Of a stretch of DNA of 51,275 nt, positions 36,248 to 44,900 are shown in pieces. The notes beneath the pieces are model-generated. The model did no database searches. It was not told the origin of the DNA and saw only the letters and a program-made list of their open reading frames with translations. Source of the DNA: a virus (lineage: Duplodnaviria; Caudoviricetes); the IMG/VR virus record IMGVR_UViG_3300048574_000532, positions 1-51,275 of that record; one strand, given 5' to 3'. The translations under genes and the position numbers were made by a program. Within the stretch, counting starts at the first letter, position 1, and the number at the start of each line of letters is the position of its first letter.

Positions 36248-37186
36248 ATGAGCGCACAATTCGCCACGTCCTCGGGCGAGCCCTTGCAGTTCCCGGAATA
36301 CATCCAGCACACGCACCAGGACTATCTTGACGGCTCGTTCAGCAATTATCCCTACAACATCAAAGCCTACCTCGAAGCCGCGTTGACGGCGGGCTCGCCG
36401 TATGCCGGGGCCGTTGCCTACGACCCTTCGGACGACCTCGCCGACGCCCGCACGCGCATCGACGCGCACGCGGAGCTTGTGGATGCCCTCGACTACGCGA
36501 ACGTGCAGGACATGATGCCCCTGGCGCTAACCGTTGCCGACACGCTGGCGGGAAGCGCCTCGAAGATCGACGCGATGGTGGCCGCGTTCGACGAGAAGCA
36601 AAAGGACAAGCTCTATGCAGCCTTGAACGCCCTGTGCGGATCGCTCTTCGACACCCGCGCCACGGGAAACTCTCAGTTCAAGATGGCCCTCGCCTCGCTG
36701 TACGACTCGCATAAACGGGAAGTCGGCGAGTACCGCGCGAATCTCGATATGCAGGAAGAGAAGATGCGCGAGTACGCGGCCCTGCAACTCCTGGAATCGA
36801 TGATGCGGATGCACCTCGCGAAGCTCGATGCCGACGCGCGGGTGACGGGCATGGTCACGGAGGCCGACATCAAGAAGATCCTCGGCATGAAGGAATACCA
36901 CGAATCGGAAATCCAGTTGGCGGAGCTCGACGCCAAGTGGGACCTCGAACTCTTCCGCTACGGGGAAAACATGCTGCACGCCCTTTCTGGGGTCGCCTCG
37001 GTAGGCCCGCGCTACGACCAGCGCACGAGCGGACTCGCGGGGCTCATGTCGGGCATGGGCGGGGCCGCTTCCGTGGGCGTCGCCGTGGGCACGGCGATGG
37101 GCAATCCCCTCCTTGGGCTCGCGGCGGCCGGGCTCATGATGGGCATGAACTTCCTGGGCGGTCGCGCGCAGGGCTACACGAACTGA
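36248..37186 (+). CDS. Internal virion/DNA-ejection protein
   Basis: Helical, with a Gly/Ala-rich hydrophobic C-terminus; GGAGG RBS. Confidence 0.6.
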   Translation: MSAQFATSSGEPLQFPEYIQHTHQDYLDGSFSNYPYNIKAYLEAALTAGSPYAGAVAYDPSDDLADARTRIDAHAELVDALDYANVQDMMPLALTVADTLAGSASKIDAMVAAFDEKQKDKLYAALNALCGSLFDTRATGNSQFKMALASLYDSHKREVGEYRANLDMQEEKMREYAALQLLESMMRMHLAKLDADARVTGMVTEADIKKILGMKEYHESEIQLAELDAKWDLELFRYGENMLHALSGVASVGPRYDQRTSGLAGLMSGMGGAASVGVAVGTAMGNPLLGLAAAGLMMGMNFLGGRAQGYTN

Positions 37187-37200
37187 TTCAAGGGGGAACC

Positions 37201-37902
37201 ATGAGCGACAAGTGGGATTCAATTCTGAGCCTCGCCAAGGGCATCAGCGGCGTGGGCGGCATGTTCGGCGGACCGTTTGCCCAGATGGCGGGACAGTCCG
37301 ACGACGTGGCCACGGCGGCGATGGTCTCGCGCGAGCTCGAACGACAAAAGCAAGAACAGGAAAAGCAGGAGAAGGCCTCGAAGCGGGGCGGGCTCGGACG
37401 GCTAGTGGGCTCGACGGGCGGCGCTATTGCGGGCAGCATCCTCTTGCCGGGCATCGGTACCGCCATCGGTGCGGGCCTGGGCGACATGGCGGGAAACGCC
37501 ATCGGCACAAAGTCCGCGGGCGGCGACCTAGACATGAAGGAAATGCTCAAGGGCGGGCTCGAAAGCGGGATTACGTCTTATATCGCGCCCAAGGTGCTCG
37601 GGAGCGCGGCTCAGACGGCGAGTGCGGCCCCCGGCGCCGTGGCGTCCGGCGCCGAGAAGCTCTCGCGGCTTCCGACCTGGATGGGTACGCACATGGCGCA
37701 ATGGGGCGGGGACTCCCCGCTCATGCACCAGATTCTCGGGCACCTCGGCTCGGGAATCGGCATGGGCGTGCAAAACGCGACGGTACGTCCGATGGTGCGC
37801 GGCGCAATGAATGCTGCAATGCCCTCTAATGCGCCCTCGCAAGGCCTGTGGAGCCCGTACCTCGACGAACGGTACGCGCTCGCCAACCAGTGGGGGAAAT
37901 AA
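37201..37902 (+). CDS. Internal virion/ejection protein with glycine zipper
   Basis: GGAIAGSILLPGIGTAIGAGLG. Confidence 0.6.
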   Translation: MSDKWDSILSLAKGISGVGGMFGGPFAQMAGQSDDVATAAMVSRELERQKQEQEKQEKASKRGGLGRLVGSTGGAIAGSILLPGIGTAIGAGLGDMAGNAIGTKSAGGDLDMKEMLKGGLESGITSYIAPKVLGSAAQTASAAPGAVASGAEKLSRLPTWMGTHMAQWGGDSPLMHQILGHLGSGIGMGVQNATVRPMVRGAMNAAMPSNAPSQGLWSPYLDERYALANQWGK

Positions 37903-37906
37903 TCCA

Positions 37907-38917
37907 ATGGCGCTTACGGGTCAATTCACGCTTCCCGCCGCGCTTGCGGCCGAGGAGGAACGACGCCGCGCATCGATGTTGGCGTCGCCTGCTCTTCCCG
38001 CGGTCCCGACGCCCGCCCAGGCGGCCCCCGGCGCGCCGCAGGCCGACCCGAATTACTGGAAGGCCAACCTCGCGATGGGGCTCGCGGGCCGTGCGGCGGA
38101 ATTGCTTGGGGGGTCTGCCGGACCGAAACCCATCTCGCTTCCCCCGGGCGCGATGCTTGGCATGGAAGGGCTGCGGACCCTCTACGGAATTCAGCGAGGC
38201 GAGCGCGATGCGCAAACCGCATGGCAGATGCATCAACAGCAACGCGAGGACGCGGCCCGGCGCGAGGCGACGGTTAACGCACGCGAAGACCGGGACTTCG
38301 GGTTTCGCCAACAGGCGCGCAACGACGATGTGGCTTGGCGAGGCTACGAGGCGCAAAACCGCAACGCCTGGAGCACCGCCGAGTGGAACCGCAACAACCT
38401 GTTCCACGGCGACCAGATGGACCTTGCCCAAAGCGAACAGCAGGCGAACAAGGACTACCGCAAAGAATCCCTCATGCAAGGCTGGGAAGGGCTCAAGCTC
38501 GAAAAGGAGAAGCTCGCAAAGTATCTCGCCTCGGGTGGAAGCGGCGGGGGCGCTTCGGGTGGTTCTTTGAGCGGCGCCAAGCTCGATGCCATTGCGAGCT
38601 ACATGCAGTCGCAAGGCTACACCGACGACCAGATCAACGGCGTCATCGGCCCCATGATCGAGCAGTCCATCGGCGTGAAGCTCCCCGCAAAGCCCCAAGC
38701 TCCGAAAGAGGAAGTTGCAGAAACGGCCAACGAAGCCGTGGCAAGCCGCGATTGGCGGGATTGGATGGGCCTTGCCCATGATTTGCCGCTCACGCAAAGC
38801 CCTGACGGCAAGCAGCTAATCGACCGCACGAAACTCGTGAAGGGACGCAAGTACCAGACGCAAGGGGGTATCGCGACGTTCGACGGGCAAGACCTGTGGC
38901 TGGAGGGGATGAAGTAA
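37907..38917 (+). CDS. Internal virion/ejection protein
   Basis: Q/R/E-rich helical region, Gly linker, small C-terminal domain. Confidence 0.55.
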   Translation: MALTGQFTLPAALAAEEERRRASMLASPALPAVPTPAQAAPGAPQADPNYWKANLAMGLAGRAAELLGGSAGPKPISLPPGAMLGMEGLRTLYGIQRGERDAQTAWQMHQQQREDAARREATVNAREDRDFGFRQQARNDDVAWRGYEAQNRNAWSTAEWNRNNLFHGDQMDLAQSEQQANKDYRKESLMQGWEGLKLEKEKLAKYLASGGSGGGASGGSLSGAKLDAIASYMQSQGYTDDQINGVIGPMIEQSIGVKLPAKPQAPKEEVAETANEAVASRDWRDWMGLAHDLPLTQSPDGKQLIDRTKLVKGRKYQTQGGIATFDGQDLWLEGMK

Positions 38918-38919
38918 CC

Positions 38920-41900
38920 ATGCCGGAACGCAAGAGACTCGACCTCGACGATCCCGCGCTCGTGCCGCAGGCAGCGCCCAAGTCAAACCGCATCAAACTC
39001 AACCTCGACGACTTGAGCATCCTGCCCAAGGACGTGCCGTTCGGCGAGGGCGTTTCCACTTCACTAGCCACAAACGCGGACGCGGCCCTTGAAGGGCTTG
39101 CCGGTACCGCGCAGCGAGGCATGCGCGCCGTACGGCTCGATCCGATGGGCACGCTCTTGAGCCGCACCGGCCCCGGATTCTTCCTCATGGACCGCGAGCA
39201 GCGCATGAACGAACGCGCAGAGGCGGACAATCCGGCGCAAGACAATTGGCTGGAAGGCCTCATGCGGGGCGCGGAGAACTGGCTCGCGGAAACCGCCCAC
39301 GGCGCCCGTACGGATGCCGCAGAACGCCAGCAGGCCCTTGCCGAGCAGTACCCCGAAATGCGCGGTGCAATGTTCGACGGATGGAAGCCGGATGTGAACG
39401 TGCTCTTGAACCCCGAGCGCATGCTCATCGAAGGTCTTGGACAAACGGTTCATTATGCACCGTCGCTGGCTGCGGCCCTCTTGACCAAGAGTCTTCCCCT
39501 CGGCTTGCCGGGAAAGGCGGCGGACGTGGCGGCGGGTCTCGCGGGAGGGTATGCCTCGGGCCTGGAAACGGGCGGACAGGTCTACCGCGACAACATCGAG
39601 CAAGGCATGCCCGAGGGCACGGCACAGGCCAACGCGCGACTCATGGAAGGGGTAACGACGGCCCTGAGCGCCTTGCCTTTCGAGCGCATCGTGGGCGAAG
39701 AACTCGCACCCGGCCTTGCCAACCTCGGGCGCAACGCCCTCAAGGTGGCCGGCACCGGGGCAATTGAGGCGGGCAGCGAAACCCTCGAAGAGTACACCCA
39801 AGGCATTCTCTCGGGCCTCACGTCGCACGAGGCACTCGGGCAAGCGCTGTCCGCCGGCGCCATGGCCGGACCCACGGCGAGCGCGGCGCATCTCGCCTTT
39901 CAGAGTCCGGGCATGTTCGGCCCGAGCGAGGCGCCCGAGGCATCGCCCACGGAAGCGCCTGCAACGCCGCAACCGAGCGATAATTGGCAACGGGCGGAGC
40001 AACTGGCCGCGTTGCAGAACAAGGGCAAGGCAGAGGGCTTGAGTCCCGAAGAGGCGACGCTCATGCGCAGCCTCGCGCAGAGCATCGACACCGAGGCCCT
40101 TGCCAACGAACTCGCGGCTATTCAGGCGGCGCCTAGTCCGACGCCCGCGGAAGGCGCACAGAATGCCCCAGGAGCGCCCCACGCTCAGAGCCCTGCTGAG
40201 GCATCAAACACTCAGTCGTCGCCCGTGGAGCCCGTCGCCGCAGCCCTGGCGCAGGACACCGAGGCCAACAAGGAACTTGTCCAGGCGCTCATCGGCACGA
40301 CCGATAACCTCGCCCGTACCGTAAGCGCTTTGACCGAAGCCCCCATGGCACCCGAACCCGAGGTGTCGGGCATCGCTCAGTCCACCGAGACCGCGCCCGC
40401 CCCCAAGGCTCCGAATCCCACACTCACCGGATCGAATCGGCTAAGGCGCCTTGCGGAGTATCGAGCGCAACGTGAAGCCGCTTCCGTGGAGACGGCAGAA
40501 AAGCCCGAGGCACCGGCAGCGCAGACTCCACTCGACCCTGAGGAAGCCATCTTCAACCCCATTGACCGTGCGGCTCCTCAAGAGGAAAAGGTGCGCCAAC
40601 TAAACGCGCTCACCGAGGTCAACAAGCCGCGAATCGATCAAGTCATAGGGGAGATCGACAAGGCGCTCGGCACGAAATCGAAATCCAGCATCAAAGAGCC
40701 GCAGAAGATCCTCAACAAGGCCAATCGCCCGAGCATCAAGGCAAGAAAGCCGTGGCACGATGTGGAACACGTGCGGGACTCGCTGCGCTTCAAGACGGTC
40801 ATCAACAGCTTTGAGGACGTGTCGGCCGCGTTCGATATCATCCACAAACGCCTGGGCGCCGAGGTGGTGAAGACCGACACCGAGAAGATGCTGGCACCGA
40901 AAGAGTGGGGATGGCGATTTGCGGCGTTCGACCTTCGAATGCCGAACGGACAGCTTGTGGAATGGTACTTGCCCCTGCGAGAGCTCGAAGAGGCGAAGAA
41001 GGCAGGGAACCACGACTTGTTCGAGAAGTGGCGTGAAACGACAGACGAGGAGCGGACGGCCCGTTGGAACGAGTACCGCACGGATCTTCGAGCGAGCCGA
41101 CGACGCTATGAGGGCGCCTGGCGGGCGGCTCTGGCTCGGTTGTCGCAGGACGAAAGCGCAGCGGCGGCTTCCTGGAAGAACTTGAGCACCTCCTTGGGAT
41201 CGGTCACGGGCTCGAATTCATCCTTGAGCTCGTCGGCCGAGAACGTGCCCCGACGCCAGACCCCGTCGATGCGGACGGCCGGGAACTCGGGCGCAAGTAC
41301 CATGACGCGGCCCGTGGATTTGTCGAAGGAGACTATTGCGTCATCGGGGGAGAAAACGGGGAATTCAGGGTCAAACATCGGTCAAACCTCCACAACTATT
41401 TTACCACAGTCGGATGCGCAGACAAAGGATGACCGCGACACGGAGGGCGGCGCGGCGGCGCCCGTGCGTCCGGTGGCTCCTTCCCCAACGCCCGACGCGG
41501 GAGAATCGGCCACTCTTACGCGGGATAATGCCGACGAGGAACAAATCCCACGGACTTCGGCCGTCCAGGGCCACGATACGGGCATTCTCGCGGAGGGGTT
41601 CAAGGGAGAGATCCCCGCACGGTATGCCGTGTTCGAGCTCCGCGATCTCACCGCATCCCACGACTTTTGGCGAGGCACGCCCGCTGCCAACAACGAGCAG
41701 CGCGGCACGTATCCCAAGAGGTTGCAGCCCCGCGATTACGGCCCCGGCACCGCGGAAGAGTCGAAGGTTGTGCGTTTTGCGCAGGAGCAGAAGTCGCCCT
41801 ACTACGTCTCTTCGCACCCTGGCGCCGACTCCGGTCCGCCCTCGGTTTCGCCCGACGGAACGGTGATTAACGGGAACGGCCGTGTGATGTCGCTCCAACT

Positions 41901-44900
41901 CGCGGCCGGCCGCAACGACTACGCCTGGATGCGCGAGGCCGTGCTGAACCAGGCCGAGACATTCGGGCTCGACCGGGCGGCCGTGGACGCGATGGAATTT
42001 CCCGCCCTCGTGCGCGTGGTGGACATGAACCCCACGAGCAAGGAAGCCCGTGAATTCGCGCGGGCGGGCAACGTGACGACGACGCAACAGCAGAGTCCCG
42101 CGCGCACGGCCGCGTCCTTGAGCGGGCTCATCGATGCCGAACTGCTCGACAGCCTGGACCTTTCTGACGACATCACCTTCTCCGAAGCGGTGAAAGGACC
42201 TGCGGGCGCCTCGTTCCGTCAAATCCTGTTCGAGGCGCTGCCCGCGTCCGTGCGGCCGAATTACTTCCGAGACGACCGAACCCTGACCGACACGGGCGCC
42301 GAGCTCGTGCAAAACATGCTCCTGTCGCACGTGTTCCCCGTCTCGCTAATCGAGCGGCTGAGCACGGCACGCCCAAGAATGAAACAAGTCATCGAGGGGG
42401 CATTGCCGCAACTCCTGAGCATTGTGCGCGACTACCCGGAAGGCGACATTACTCCCCAGTTGATCGAGGCCTTGGAGTTCCTGTCGCGCTACCCCGAGGT
42501 TCGCAAGCAGAGAGAGGTCAAGGCAATCCTCGGGCAACAGTCCATCTTCGGCGGAAGCGACGAAACCCTCTCTCCCGCGGGCGAGATGGTGACCGAGTTC
42601 CTGGTACGCGACGGGGACAAGCCCCGCGTGTTCCGGGAGCGGCTCGCCAAAGCCATTTCTGATTACGCATGGTCGCAGGGCCTGCTTGGTGAAGGCGGCG
42701 ATGCCCTCGACATCATCGTGGGCGCGCTCGACGTGCAGCCCAAGGAAGGCGCCGTATTCGGTCGCCCGGTAGCGCTCCTGGCCGCGGCAACCCCACGGCG
42801 CGCCGTTGACCGGACACGCGCCGTCACACCTTTGAATGAGGCGCGGCGGACGATTAACCAGGTCGTGTCCCGGCTCTCGCGGGGAAAGAACTTCAAGGTG
42901 CTGCGGACGATGGGCGAAGCGCCCGAGGAGGTGAGGCGGACGCTGTGGAAGCAGTTGCGTTCGGTGGAGGTGGGCGAGCGGCGGTATTTCGTGGCCGGAT
43001 TCTTCCACGAGGGCACGGCCTATTTCGTGGCCAACGACCTCGAAGCGCTCGCCGCGCAAGACGGGCTCTCTTTGGAGGCGATGGCGGTGGCGAAGTGGGC
43101 GCACGAGTACGGGCTCCACTACGGTCTGCGCGGGATGCTGGAGGAATTGCACGGGCCGGGTGGGCGTCTGGCGTTCAAGCGCCTCATGCGCGACGTGTTC
43201 GCGGCCGTGGGGCGGGAAGGCATTCTCGAAGCCGTTGGCGAAAGCTATGCCAACGCACCCAACGACGTGCTCGCCGAAGAGTACCTTGCCCATCTGGCCG
43301 AGCGCCTCGACAAGAACAGCAAGCTCACGGCGTCCGAGCGCACCGTTTGGAAAAGGGTGCTCGACTTCTTTCGCAACGCCTTGCGCCGAACCCTTGGGAA
43401 ACTGACCGACCGCGACATCGAGCGCGTGGTCTTGAACTCGCTCCGCTGGGCCATGAACCGTGGCGAAACGAACGGCACGCCCGACACGCGGTTCAGCCTC
43501 ACCTTCGGTCACGAGTTTCAGGACAAGCAAAAGGACCGCAGCGAGAATACCCTTGCCGCGCGTGATGCGGCCTTGCGGGTGTTCGACAAGGGCGGAAGTG
43601 TTATGGACGCGTGGCGAGCGGCCCGGCGCGCCGCACAGGAGGCCGATGCTCGCCCGTATTCCACCGAGGGAATCCGATTGGCCGGCGATCACGGCATGCG
43701 CCAAGCGGCCCGGCTTCGCGGCATCGATATCGAGGATAAGGCTTTCGGCGACGGCTGGAACAGCAAAGAACCCGCGAGCGCTTGGGATTCCGAGTCGAAG
43801 CAAGGTGCCATTTTCGCGGAACGCCCGTTGCCGAAGCTGAAATCCGCCCGAGGGCAGTGGAAGAAGTACGGCGAGCCGCGCTTCTCGATTGCCGAGGCGC
43901 GGCGCCAAACCGAGACTCCGGCCTTCAAGCGGTGGTTCGGGCAATCGAAGGTCGCGGCGGAGGACGGCGCGCCCCTTGTGGTCTATCACGGCACGGTCAA
44001 CGACTTCGCCCAGTACGACGAACGTCGCGGCAATGTCGAAAGCGACTGGGGCGCGGGATTCTACTTCTCAAACACGCCCGAGGACGTAAACGAGAACTAC
44101 GCGGGCGAAGGCCCCGACCTCACCAACAAGATTGAGCGGCTTGCAGAACGTATCGAGGCCGAAGAAGAAATCCCTTACGCGGAGGCCCGCGAGCGCGCCC
44201 GCGCGGAATTGTCCGAGGGCCGGGCGAATGTGATGCCGGTGTTTCTCTCCCTGCAAAACCCCTTCGAGGTGGGCGGCGAACGCCCGGAGTACTGGGAAAC
44301 CGAATACGACCCCGAGGACGAGGACGCCGAACCCACGGGCAAGGCCATCGACTTCCTGGAGGCGCTTCGGCACGTGGCTTACGGGTTTGATGACGTAAAT
44401 ACCGATACGCTCAGCGAGGACCTCTCCGAATATCTCTACGACGGCGGCAAGGCCGAAGATATGGTTGAAGCGGCGCGAAAGAGCGAGGGGCTTTCCTACG
44501 CCACGGACGAGCACGGCGATCTGGCCGGCCACGAAATCATCCGGCTCGCCCTGGAACGCATGGGCTACGACGGCATCATCGACCGAAGCGTCAACAAGAA
44601 ATTCGGATGGGAGAGCAAGCAGAAGCCCATGCTCGGCATGGCGCAGGACACCGTACACTACATCGCGTTTCGTGCGAACCAAATCAAGAGCGCCACGGGC
44701 AACACCGGGGCTTTCGACCCCACCAACCCCGATATCCGCTTCAGCGCCGAGACGCGCACGGGCGACCCCAATGTGGCGCCCGAGGCCGCGCGGCGCATCG
44801 AGGCGGGCGAGCTTGCCTCGGAACCCGGCAAGCGCGGCCTCGCAAACCCCTTGCCCGACATCGAGCACCTGCGTCAGGTCTACGACACGGTGCAAAGCGT

